A DNA stretch of 64,000 nucleotides from Psammoneis japonica (taxonomy: Eukaryota): the NCBI GenBank assembly GCA_008632985.1, contig QPGO01000090.1, forward strand, positions 124,001 through 188,000, read 5' to 3'. Under the pieces are notes generated by a model that saw nothing but the letters and a program-made list of their open reading frames with translations, made no database searches and was not told the origin of the DNA. A program made the translations under genes and the position numbers. Every line of letters begins with the position of its first letter. The first letter of the stretch is position 1. Shown here piece after piece: positions 37,342 through 48,291 of the stretch.

Positions 37342-38384
37342 CGCTTCTCAACAGCGGCTAGGTCACGCCTGCTACAATCTCAAAAGGTTATACCGTACCA
37401 GGGCTGCCAACCACCTTCAAAAGTGAAAACTGAAAAACGGCAAGATAAAACGGGGAGGATTTCCAAAACTTCGTCTCGCGATAGTCTGCTTGGATGCTAT
37501 CGACTACTCTAGCTGCACTAAGAATGCGAACCTCAAAATACCAGATTTTCTAATAGGCATCAAGAAGACTTCCAGTCAAGTGAGATTTCTTTTTCAAGTA
37601 GCTTCTCGTCCAACTTTGTGAGGTCGATTTCTAATCTGCGCTCTAAATAAACTGAAACGCGCCCTCACTTTTTTATGTCTACTCATCGAGAGCTAAAAAG
37701 GAACAGGTTAGGGAAAAAGAGAACAGGACATGACGAGAACTCGCCCACCGTTGAGAACAAGATCGCAAACAGTGATTGGAAGCGTTGACGTGGTCGTTTT
37801 GTGACGAGGACCAGCTTGCAAAAGTTGACGGATTTTCGATAAAGGCATTTTCGCAACAGTGTGAGGGGAAAATCAAAATCTTCTGGCCTTCGTCAAATGA
37901 CACCCGCCCAAAGGAGAATGAAACGCGAACCCGCCCAGCCACGCTGCAAAGACTGCTGGTCACTTAGGCACATGACGTAGCACGAGTTCGATGGCAGATG
38001 TTCCATTCTCCAGAAGTTATTTAGCTGGTATGCAGTTTCGTAGCTTGGAGCAATAATAGGCCAGATGGAGTTGCAGTCCGTGATGGAACACGTGTTGAAG
38101 TGATGACGCAAGCATTGCGCAGCTCTTACGTAGAAATATCGTAGGAGGAAGGCTTTCCGCGAAGAAACCCCTTCAACGCTCAAACGAGAAATAGCAGAGC
38201 GGCAGCGGCAGCAATGAAGGTATGCACTGTGGTTGTTTTCGAAGACTCTGTCTGAAGGCTCAAGGAGAACTGTGTAGGTGGAAGCGACACACCAAATCAC
38301 TACATTCAAGTTTCGAATATCCACGTCCCAAGGTTCTTGATACAGGGTCAATAAATTGGGTGTACCGGTACCGGTAGAGAAGTA

Positions 38385-40085
38385 ATGGCAGAAAATTCGG
38401 GGAATAACAATGCGAACGAGCAGAACGGAGAAAAAAGTCTGAACAACGACCAAGGACTCCAGGAACAAGCTACTCCTTCTAATGGTAATGCAACTGCCGC
38501 TGTGATGCATCAAGCAGTAGGTGGCAGCAGCAATGGCTCCAACCACCAACCAAACTTATTCCCGGCGTCCACGAATGATTCGTTTCGAAATTACATCCAT
38601 CATACAGCGGAAGGTTCAGAAACATCAGAGAGACTGGGAAGCAGTGAAAGCAGAAAGAGAATGCGAAACGAGACAGCCCCGGAGAGAAGTGTTGAACAGC
38701 GCGTCGATATGCCTCTGCAGCAACCTGCAACGACACAGCAACAGGTCGTGAGTGGGAACGCACCAATCGCACCGCATCCCACTCAACAAGTACCTCTTCA
38801 GCAAAGCCAAGACGCTCCAACACAGCCTCAAATTCAACCTCAAGCTCCCCAAGCTCAGGCTCAGGCTCAGGCTCCTCTGTTACCGGTAATGAATCCAGCT
38901 CTCTTAATTGGCTATGACGGATCAGGGAATCCAATCCATGTGCCAACGTCTCCGTTGTTGTACATGATACATTTTCTTTCCATGATGGGCGCAGCAGGAA
39001 ACGCGTTACCTGCGAATCCCCTCGTAGGTCAACCAGTACAGACTAATCCTGCCCCACCCACCGTCACTCCTCCGGACAGTGCTCTTATGCCACCTCCTCC
39101 GCCCCTTCCAGTAAGTAACGGTGAGGCGGCGCAGGCGCCGGCAGCAGCTCCTCAGGCACCCGCACCAGCTCCTCAAGTCGCTGGCACACCTGCCGCGGTT
39201 GTGCCACCGCAACCGGCCATGGGATTGTCTGTAGCAAACATTCAGCAAATTGCTGCTGCTCTACTGCAAGCTCAGCAGCAGGGACAAGTTGGAGCCGCTG
39301 GTGTTCCCGTAAATGTTCTTCAACAGGCTCAGTTGCTCCAGCAAGTAGCAGCCATGACGGGCAATGCTCCTGCAACAGCCATTCCTCCGCCAGCTGCTGC
39401 TGGAACGCCTCCTAACCTGTTATCAGCCTTGCTACCAAATGCTGCGCCAGCAACATCGGGACAGCAGGCTCCTGTGGTTCAGCCTACACTGGGTGTCGGC
39501 GTACCGACTACAGTAGCGGGACAGAATCTGAACTTGCCACCAACACAACAACCATGGGGATTTGTACAAGCGCCTGTTGGAAATATAGCTTTGCCCTTTG
39601 GCCTTGTAGCTCCAGCAAATGCTCAGCTATCAAACAGACCGCCTGTGAGTCTCTACATGAGCTGCGACGATGATCACCTTTCCGAATACCAAATACTCGT
39701 GCGAAAACAGTTGGAACTCTTTGAAGCACAGCAGGAAGACGTTCAATCAAGTGCAAGAGGACGAAAGAAACAACTCGTACTGGGGCAGATTGGCATCCGT
39801 TGCAAACACTGTTATAACAAGCCAGCTCATGAACGCGGCAAGGGAGCCGTGTACTATCCTGCAAAGTTGGACGGCTTGTACCAAGCGTCGCAAAATATGG
39901 CCAAGAGTCACTTGTGTGATTCTTGCTGCTCGATTGACGTGTCGGTAAAAGAAAAGCTAGTCTCTCTTCGTGAATGCAAAACGATTGGAGCGACAAGGAG
40001 CGGGGGGAAGCAATATTGGGCAGACAGCGCCAGGGTACTTGGGGTCTTTGAAACGGGAATCGGTCTTCGATTTGGCAGCAAATGA
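38385..40085 (+). CDS. Q/P/A-rich protein with a C-terminal Cys/His domain (putative diatom transcription regulator)
   Basis: Low-complexity N-terminus, then DDDHLSEYQILVRKQLELF...GQIGIRCKHC...GAVYYP...QNMAKSHL..C...GGKQYW. Confidence 0.8.
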   Translation: MAENSGNNNANEQNGEKSLNNDQGLQEQATPSNGNATAAVMHQAVGGSSNGSNHQPNLFPASTNDSFRNYIHHTAEGSETSERLGSSESRKRMRNETAPERSVEQRVDMPLQQPATTQQQVVSGNAPIAPHPTQQVPLQQSQDAPTQPQIQPQAPQAQAQAQAPLLPVMNPALLIGYDGSGNPIHVPTSPLLYMIHFLSMMGAAGNALPANPLVGQPVQTNPAPPTVTPPDSALMPPPPPLPVSNGEAAQAPAAAPQAPAPAPQVAGTPAAVVPPQPAMGLSVANIQQIAAALLQAQQQGQVGAAGVPVNVLQQAQLLQQVAAMTGNAPATAIPPPAAAGTPPNLLSALLPNAAPATSGQQAPVVQPTLGVGVPTTVAGQNLNLPPTQQPWGFVQAPVGNIALPFGLVAPANAQLSNRPPVSLYMSCDDDHLSEYQILVRKQLELFEAQQEDVQSSARGRKKQLVLGQIGIRCKHCYNKPAHERGKGAVYYPAKLDGLYQASQNMAKSHLCDSCCSIDVSVKEKLVSLRECKTIGATRSGGKQYWADSARVLGVFETGIGLRFGSK

Positions 40086-40452
40086 ATGATAGAGCAATTA
40101 ATTTAAACAGAGTATCTCTGCGAACGATACTCTAGCTACAGTGATTTTAATTGAGTGATTATTCTATAAGAAAGATAATGGCTAACTGCTGCTGTAGCTT
40201 TTCAGTAAAACATGCTTCGTCGTAACCTCTCAAAAGTTTTTTCAGTCCATACACTACATTTAGTAATCTTCGTGTATGAGGATAATTTATGCTGCGGATT
40301 TGCGTTCAACAAAACCGCGGAGAAATTGTGAGAAATGCTTCTCTGGATTCTCACAAGATTCTTCGGTGGTCGCTGACTGTTGGCTGTCGCTGCTGCGTGC
40401 TGCGAGTGCTGTTAACATCTTTGGTTTACCGGCATGGTAGAACTTATCGAAA

Positions 40453-41361
40453 ATGCAAAAGTACAGAAACATTAGCTACCACAACAAGTCGTGGGATGAA
40501 GAGCAGTTTGAAGTTCACGACAATGACTATTATGTGGAACGCCGTCGCCGATCGGCCGTAAACAGTCGCATTCAAGTTATTTCTCTTTCCCTATTGGGCT
40601 GTGTGGTTGTGGCTGCCGTGGCGATTGTGGTTTGGCATGCCATTCGTACACGTGATATCCGTCATCATCAAGTCATTTCCGAGCACCAACTGGCCCTTCT
40701 CAACGACATGAAAACCCACGCCCAACCCGGTGAATGCAATAGCACGGTGATTTTGATTCGGCACTGTGACAAGAATGGTCCCAATACCACAGATTCAAGT
40801 GGAAACGAACATTGCTCCGAGGCTGGCTATGAACGAGCGAGATTCATCCCAACTCTGTTTGGTGAAGAGGGGCGCTGGGCAAACCCCTCCTTTATGTATG
40901 CGCTCAGCATTGCTCGTCCTCATGTGCATCATAATAATTATCGTGAGATTGAAACGCTCTCTCCACTTGCAAAGCAAAGCAACATTGAAATTAATGCAAA
41001 GTACAGTGTCGGTCAGGAGCCGTACTTGGCAGAATTGGTGTTTGAGCAATTGGCAGGAGGAAACATGTGCGGCAATAGCACGGTCGTTTGTTGGAAGCAT
41101 AGCCGAATGCCGCTCATGTCGGCATCGCTTGGATGTGGACCAAAGCAGGGATGTCCTCCGAGGTATCCTCGAAACGATTTTGATCAAGTTTGGACGATTC
41201 GATTTGTCTATGCCGCGACGCCCAAGGAAACGTCATCCGAACAACGCAACCTTAGAAACAAGGGAACATGGACTGTTTATGGTAATGTCGAGAAGGAAGG
41301 TTTTCACGCAGGAGAATGGAAGAAAAAGAAAAAGAAGAAACACAAGAAGCATGGAAAATAG
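40453..41361 (+). CDS. Membrane-anchored histidine-phosphatase-superfamily protein
   Basis: TM helix, then VILIRHCDK, REIETLSPLA and VVCWKH motifs; poly-K tail. Confidence 0.75.
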   Translation: MQKYRNISYHNKSWDEEQFEVHDNDYYVERRRRSAVNSRIQVISLSLLGCVVVAAVAIVVWHAIRTRDIRHHQVISEHQLALLNDMKTHAQPGECNSTVILIRHCDKNGPNTTDSSGNEHCSEAGYERARFIPTLFGEEGRWANPSFMYALSIARPHVHHNNYREIETLSPLAKQSNIEINAKYSVGQEPYLAELVFEQLAGGNMCGNSTVVCWKHSRMPLMSASLGCGPKQGCPPRYPRNDFDQVWTIRFVYAATPKETSSEQRNLRNKGTWTVYGNVEKEGFHAGEWKKKKKKKHKKHGK

Positions 41362-41480
41362 TGTGCTACACCGTTTTTAGAAGGTTGAGGAGGACAGGAT
41401 GAAATCGTAGAGGACGAAAGACAACATAAAAGCGCACATAGATGTTAACAACCATGTTGAACACACTCTAGATAAGCACC

Positions 41481-42604
41481 TCATTGCACTGGCTCTAGCT
41501 TTTCCGCCAGTACTTGAGAATTAGCGCACCATTCACGGTCGGGTCTAGTGCCAGCTACAACCTTTGCTTCTTTCAGGGGACCAGCACAAGAAACCTCCAG
41601 ACACCTGCTGGTCGACCAATCCAACGACTGCAAACTCTGTACCGCCAAGGCAGCAATGTCTTCACGGGGAATGGTTGTTCTTTCTCCACCACCTCCTCTC
41701 GCGTCTACAAGTGAGTCCATCCAGTCTCCTGCACTATAACCGCTTGCCTTGCTGTAGCCCTTGCCAAACGTAAAGCTCTCAATATCAACGTCGCTTTGAA
41801 CTCCCTTGTAGTGAACATAGTCTTGCGTGTTGACCCATTCATCGCATTTGGCATGAATATAGGTAAAGGGGACCCCTACATGGTCCAAAATCTCAGCAAA
41901 GGGCTTTGGATCACGCGTCTGTGGTGTTTCAATAACAACAACGTGCTGAATATCGGCTTTGGAACACGCTTCGAGCGAATTACGAAACAAAGTCAAGTGT
42001 GTCTCCATGTCGTTCTTATCATCTCGTCCCTGTTTGGCAGTATCGAGATAAAATTCCAATGTTTTGTCGTTTGGCGAAGTCTCATAGGAATTTCCAGTGA
42101 CGGGTCTGATTTCCAATTGGTATTCCGTGCCTAGAATGGCTGCATCGTAACCACTCAATCGATTCGCAATGGACTCCACGTCTTGCATATTGGTCAGTCG
42201 GACCATGTCTTCTCCAGCATAGCCCAACACAAAGCTTTTAGCCAAGACACTGTTCAAGGTCATGGATGCCATGCTGGTTGCACAAATGCATCGCGGCGAG
42301 GAAACTCCACCCAACCCGGTTCCGTAAAGCGACGATGCACGCTGCAAGAAACCAAACGCTGTAGCTCCCAAGTATCCTCCACCTCCAAAGACAGCGACCT
42401 GTTTGAAAATAGATCAATGTGTTAGTCTCTGAAAAAAAAAAGCGAGTGTTCAATTTGAGAGAAGAAACCGGGACGACTTGCCTTTTTCTTTTTTGCGGGG
42501 GTCGCCGCCGACCCCCGAGGTTTCGCCGACATGGTCATGGGCGAATAGGCCTGAATGGAACATGCAGACAACACCAACACTATCAATCGATTGCACCACA
42601 ACAT
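41481..42604 (-). CDS. Plastid-targeted atypical NAD(P)-binding Rossmann-fold protein
   Basis: Signal peptide exon 42604-42482 and a GC-AG intron 42481-42399. Exon 2 starts VAVFGGGGYLGA; later IPREDIAALAVQSL. Confidence 0.8.
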
Positions 42605-42909
42605 TGGTTATGTATTTTTTAGAGTAATCCCTATTCAACTGTCCCACTGCGGTGTCGTGAACTGCAGATTGTTCATGTTCTCTGTCATCATTTTTTTCGT
42701 CGGGGTCGGAGGGAAAATCTTCAAGTCTTGCTTTCGTGGCGCGACCACCTCCGGGATCGACAAAAAGTCAGTCCCGCGCTGATTGATGATACAAAGATTC
42801 CTGATTCCATCAAGTCGTGCGTGTCCTTTTCCGGGTCTTTTTGACCCACCGCGTTGTCCGTCGTTGTCCGTCGCAGTTCGCAGAGCGAGACGAAAAGAAG
42901 GCAGAGACC

Positions 42910-44087
42910 ATGGCGGCGGAGACCCATAGTGAGCGCATCGATATGACGGCGCCGCCTACGCATGTATTGAACAGTGAAATTGTGGAGGAGGTATTGGATA
43001 CAAGCAAGAAAAAGGCCGCAACCATGACGGAGAACGACAGTGAGCGCGTCGCTATGGCGCCTGCTCTGCATGAATTGAACAATGAAAATATGGAGATATT
43101 AGAGGAGGTGCTGGGACACGGATCAGAGGAAGGATTAGACGAAGAGGGCGAATGTTCAGTCCCCTTGCATACCGTCGTACAAAAGAAAGCGGTCGAAGCA
43201 AAGGAGGCCATGGAGGAGGACGAAAAACACCGCGACGACGACAAGAGTGATTTTGCGGTGGGAGATCACGTTTACCAGTGGTGTTCGTTGATTGGTATTC
43301 CGGGGGTGTTTCAGCACCATGGAATTGTTATTCAGGTTGAAGACGGAAAGCTTACAATTGCTGATTTTAACGGACTGATATCTGCTTCGTCTGGCGATGC
43401 AAATGAGGAAAACGAAAACAACGAATCACTGAGAGAATCCCCCAGACCCAAAAAGAAGCTTTTCCCCTGTTCTCGTTCTGTCAGCTCTATGCGCGAATAT
43501 ACAATTGAAGAATCTCTGGAAGGTACCAAGTGGAAGAAAGTTCGATACCAGGCTGGGTGGTTGCAGAGAAGTCTCTGGCGATCGGGAACCTGTACAGCTT
43601 CCGAGTCTGATCCACCCGGGCTCGTGTTAGCACGTGTGCAGTTCTTATTGGAGAATCAACAGTATCTGCCACCGTATCATGCCCTCAAGGCCAATTGCGA
43701 ATGTGTTAGTGTATGGTGCAAGACTGGAAAATGGGCCACGCTTCAAGCGAGTTCACTGTTGGAAATCACGGCTGCCGGCCAAGTCAAGTCTGCGACAACT
43801 GTGGCGCTCTATGCTTCAAGTCAGACCGTGACAGTGCCAGCAGCGGGGGTTTGGGGATGGTTGGGATTTACAACAAAAGCATCGCTCTTGGCGACCCAGC
43901 CTCTGTTGTTGCCTGCTCTCGTGGGGTATGGTGTCTTGAGTGTTGGCGGTCCAGTGTGGATGCTATACAGATGCAAGACTGCTTGGAATGAAACAGCACC
44001 AAATTGAATGAATTGTTTTGGGCGAATGCTACAGAGAGACCTGATGTGTTTGTGGAATGCATCACTCACTGGAGTTCACTCGAGTAA
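42910..44087 (+). CDS. LRAT/NC-domain (permuted NlpC/P60) protein; probable frameshift near 44000
   Basis: GDHVYQW, FQHHGIVI and YHALKANCECVSVWCKTG. An alternative frame continues KLNELFWANA...SLE* to 44087. Confidence 0.85.
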
Positions 44088-44173
44088 CAGTTTTAATCAT
44101 CTAGTTTTAGTTTTGTACTAGCTGTGTACTGAAATTATAGCGGGAGGGATGAGGGTTCGCCGGTGAGGCTCGA

Positions 44174-45481
44174 CTATGTGTTGGACACACTTCCAGCCCC
44201 ATTCGTTGTTATAAGACTGCCTGGAAACTCGTACAGCAAGTCTTGTCTTGCAGAATCGGAGAGCGACGCACAGCCAATCACGCAAACAACGGGAACACCA
44301 CAAGGTGATCGGTCTGTGCCATGTTGTGACTTGTGATGTAGAAATGTTGCCCAAAAGGATCGCAATAAAGCCTCTGTGACCCAAGAGCAAAAGGACACAT
44401 CCAAGACTTGCAAATTGGGAAGCAACGAGAAAAGCTGCGGCATAATGTCGTGACCAACGTTCCAAGAGAGAGACCCAGAAAGAGAAAAGTGCGTAATACA
44501 GGAGCATTTGGAAAGCAGCAAAGACAGTGTTTCTGTTGATATTGTATAGGCATTGACAAGCTCGAATCGTTGCAGTCGAATGCATCCCGCCATTTCAACC
44601 GTGTCTTGCGAGTCCTCAACTTGCTCCCACGAATCCAGAACTGTCGGTTCTTCTTCCTCGTTGTTCTGTGGATCATAGGTAGTGGTAGATGACACTAACC
44701 GCGGTATAAGTTGCGATAAACCCTTATCAGACACATAATCACCCCACCCTGTCAAAGTTCCCTCTTCCAGGTCCTCATGCTGAGTCACCATTGTATCCGG
44801 GTGGTTGCAAAGGCACAGCTTTTCCACAAAATCATGCTTGCCAACAACACATGCCAACCCATCCGTCATGCCCGCGGTGGATGAAATTCGAATCGAAAGC
44901 GCTTCAAGAGTCCATGAAGGAAACATGCTCATGATGCCATGCAATCCTTGTCGTCCGAGTGCGTCCAAGTATTCGGGCATGGCGGGGCCCAACACTCGAA
45001 TGCATTGACTTTGCAGAGATGGAACAGATCTTCTCCGCCGAATCTCGTGTTCTTCAGTATTGGTATTGTTACTTTTGTAATTCAAAATCCATCCCGGTGG
45101 GTTTCGTTTCAGATTGTGAAAAGAACCTTGTGCTTCAGACGGTCGTGCTGCAGCTCCGATTGAGTTGTTTCCAATACCCTGAATCATGGCGTTTGACAAA
45201 TTCTGACGTCGTCTCCGAGCCACACGATCCGCCAATCGATCATACATTTGACGTTCCTGTAATAGTCCTTGCAATTGATGCAACAATAATTTGGGTCTTT
45301 GAGCCTCGCCAATGCTTGTTATTGTCGTTTTCGTTGTTGCGGAACTGCTGTTGCTGCGACTTTTGCCGGAAAAGGGTCGCCTAGGAACCTCTTGCGCATG
45401 ACTCTTTACTTCTGCCGCAAATGCTGCTCTCATGGACTTGGAAGCAAAGCCCCCCGATTGCCGTCCTTTCTTTTTTCCCAT
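44174..45481 (-). CDS. RNI-like leucine-rich-repeat protein
   Basis: VPSLQSQCIRVL, CSCITHFSLSG, LPNLQVLDVSFCSWVT; basic N-terminus. Confidence 0.7.
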   Translation of the reverse strand: MGKKKGRQSGGFASKSMRAAFAAEVKSHAQEVPRRPFSGKSRSNSSSATTKTTITSIGEAQRPKLLLHQLQGLLQERQMYDRLADRVARRRRQNLSNAMIQGIGNNSIGAAARPSEAQGSFHNLKRNPPGWILNYKSNNTNTEEHEIRRRRSVPSLQSQCIRVLGPAMPEYLDALGRQGLHGIMSMFPSWTLEALSIRISSTAGMTDGLACVVGKHDFVEKLCLCNHPDTMVTQHEDLEEGTLTGWGDYVSDKGLSQLIPRLVSSTTTYDPQNNEEEEPTVLDSWEQVEDSQDTVEMAGCIRLQRFELVNAYTISTETLSLLLSKCSCITHFSLSGSLSWNVGHDIMPQLFSLLPNLQVLDVSFCSWVTEALLRSFWATFLHHKSQHGTDRSPCGVPVVCVIGCASLSDSARQDLLYEFPGSLITTNGAGSVSNT

Positions 45482-45519
45482 GTTGGCGCAGATCGATCTC
45501 AAGACAACAACGTCAACGC

Positions 45520-48190
45520 GACAACAACAACAACAACAACAATAACAGCGTGCAGCGGGCCCAACAATTGCTCACTGTTGTCAATGTCTGCTGATTGCTG
45601 ATGAAGCCTGTCTTGCTGCTTGCTGTGCTCGCAATGGCCAGCAGCACAAGAATCGCGCGCAGCATTTTGGGAACAGTTGGCAAAAAATAACCGCGCACTT
45701 CCCAACTGTTCGCTGCTCTGCACTGTGTCCTTTGTCTTTCAGAAAGGACACTGCTGATTCATGCTCGAGCCCATCCATTCCAACATGGATTCTCTCAAAT
45801 GCGCCAAGTGCCACCCATCAAACCTGGCTAAAAAGGACAAATAAAGGCTCAGACAATGATGGCCAGCAAAGAAACATGTTGCTCGTGGGAGTGGCTGCGT
45901 TTGAAGCCTCAAAACCCTCACACCATCCGTGCGGCCCAATCGTTTCGGCACAATCGCACCACATGTGAAGCCGACCAATGGGGAAGAACCTGTTTGCAAT
46001 GCCGCACACTTGACAAATGCATTCTTCTTCCACTGCACCAGTTTGTCGACCCAAGACCTTGGAAGAAAAGTGTCGAAAAATCAAGCCATTGAAAAGCACA
46101 AAGTCGGGTGTTTGCCAACCTGAAAATCAATGCAATCTGGACAAGCAAAGACGTTGGAATCTGACCAGCAGAACAAGAAAAAATCACACAGAGGAAACTC
46201 TCCTTGTTTGCTTTGTCCTCCACACCAACCAGAGGAGAGGGTGCAAGTCAAAACCCAGGTCAATCCCCACGGTGGCGAAGCGACGACTTGTTGTTTGTGC
46301 ACGACTCTTGCTGAATTGATGGAGACCACACGTGTGGTGTGAAAGATGTGCGTGCTGCAATGTCATAGAAACTTGAAGAAGATCTTTGCTCTCTTCCCCT
46401 GAAAACATGAAATTCAAGGTCGTCTCTCATTGGCCATGTCCCCTCAAGGTGGGACTTTCGAAAAGGAACGATGACACAGATGAAATGAAATTCCTTGTTT
46501 TCAAAAGCAAATTTCCCATTCTGGTGCAGTTCTCAATCATGTTAAAACAACAACAATGCGCAGTCAACCACCACACCATGTTGTCCTCTCCTCTTCCCAG
46601 AGGGGCAAAAATCAGTTGCAGCTTCATCAATGCCATGGCACCTCTGTCTCAAAAGCAGCCCACAGCGACTCCCAGTGCACTCACCCATCTAAAAGGGGGG
46701 ACCTCATTACAAAAAAAGGTGTCATGGCCCTCCCAAAAGCAGCCACCACCAGAGAGCCAGCCGGCCGGCAACTCAAGTGTTGAGCAGGAAGCTGGGAGGA
46801 GAGGACAGCAGGATGGCAAAAAAGCCCTTTTTGTTTCCTCACAATCTAGGAACAATGCGGCCCTGCACTTTTTGAAACTTGACCCTCAGATTCAACAACT
46901 TCTGCAGAGTGCCAAAACACAAAAATGCACAAGCGCAGAAAAAACAGAAGTGTTTTGCAAGAAAATGTGGAGCAAATGTGTGCAACATGGCTTTTCCTTT
47001 TTGCCCTTTGTTGACTCTCTGCACTGCTGAAGAAGTTGGCAAAAACACCCCAGAGGGATTTCTTGCAGTTGCGTGCTCAAGCACTGTGGAGCTGCCAGTT
47101 GTTTGTGGCATGCCCATTTTTGTTGACAAGCTCCCAAGATTCATGAGCAATGAGCAGCACAAGGGTCACCACACTCCAATGTTGTTGGGCTGTGCCTTCC
47201 TGTTCTTGAACATTTTGTCAAAACTTGAGGTGGAAATGAGGTTGAACTTTTGACCCACCTGCCAGGTGATGGGAGCACAAATTTCACAGTTGCTTCAGGT
47301 GGCACCAGCTGCAATGTCAGCACACTTCTTGGGCAATGCCAGCCCCCACATTGTCACCAGCTGTCATGCAACAGAAAAAGTTGGAGCAGGAGCAGCCTTC
47401 TTTGTTGTTGACAATCATGTGGTGATCAATGAGCAGCCATGTTGGTGACAGTGCTGTCATGGCAAAAAGACACCACTGCAAAAGCATGTGGGAGGTTGGT
47501 GATGGAAGGTGCTGGCTGCAGGAGGCACTGGCTGCAGAGTGAGGCCAATGAACTTTGTGCATGTTTTTGGCCAACTGCTGCACCAGTGCAGTGCTGCCAG
47601 AGCTCAAAAGAGCATCAACATTTTGTTCACTCTCACTGCAGCCCCATGATGCACTGGACTGGACTGCCAGCATTGCTGATCTCATCAAACTTTTTGTGCA
47701 CTTGGCTTCAAGACATGCTGCATCAGCAAACACCGGCAGTGTGCAACTGGGGTAGGCTCAAAGCAAGAAGCAGAAGAACAGGTTTGTCAAAGGCTTTCCT
47801 GTTTCCGTTGCAGCCCTTGGTGGGTGTTTGTTTTGATGGTGTGGGTCTTTTTGTTGCCTGGGGAGCTGCAAGACTGTCCTTTCTTGTGAAACTGCAGCTT
47901 TCTGGGAAATGCTGACAAATGGAAAATTTGACCTGCTGCCAAATGCTTGCACACAATGCACTGGTGGCACCAACCCTGACAGTTTCTCCTCGCTTCTGCA
48001 GTTTTGTCTGAGGCTGCCAGTTTCTGCCTCTTTTGCACTCAGATGCAATGGTGTGTGTTCAATCCTTCACACATGACAGCCAATGAGTGCGGCGGGATTG
48101 GATGGCCCTTCGTTCTCCCAGTGAGCGTGTGACATTTGACACGAGACATGCCTGATGTGAGTGTGATGGCGGCAGAGAAAAGAGGCAGGC
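45520..48190. other. TpA-depleted, CpG-poor island 3; decayed, family not recognised
   Basis: About 10 TA in 2.7 kb by eye. Dense, almost Tyr-free ORFs in all frames. Abrupt return of TA at ~48197 (CTAAAGACTTAATCTAAGCTTAG). Confidence 0.75.
45521..45546 (+). repeat. (CAA)n microsatellite
   Basis: ACAACAACAACAACAACAACAATAAC at the left edge of island 3. Confidence 0.85.
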
Positions 48191-48291
48191 GCACAGCTAA
48201 AGACTTAATCTAAGCTTAGCAAGGATATAGTTCAGACGTGGATAAAACAATTTACGCATTTTAAATTACCAACTCACATGAAAATGCCTTC

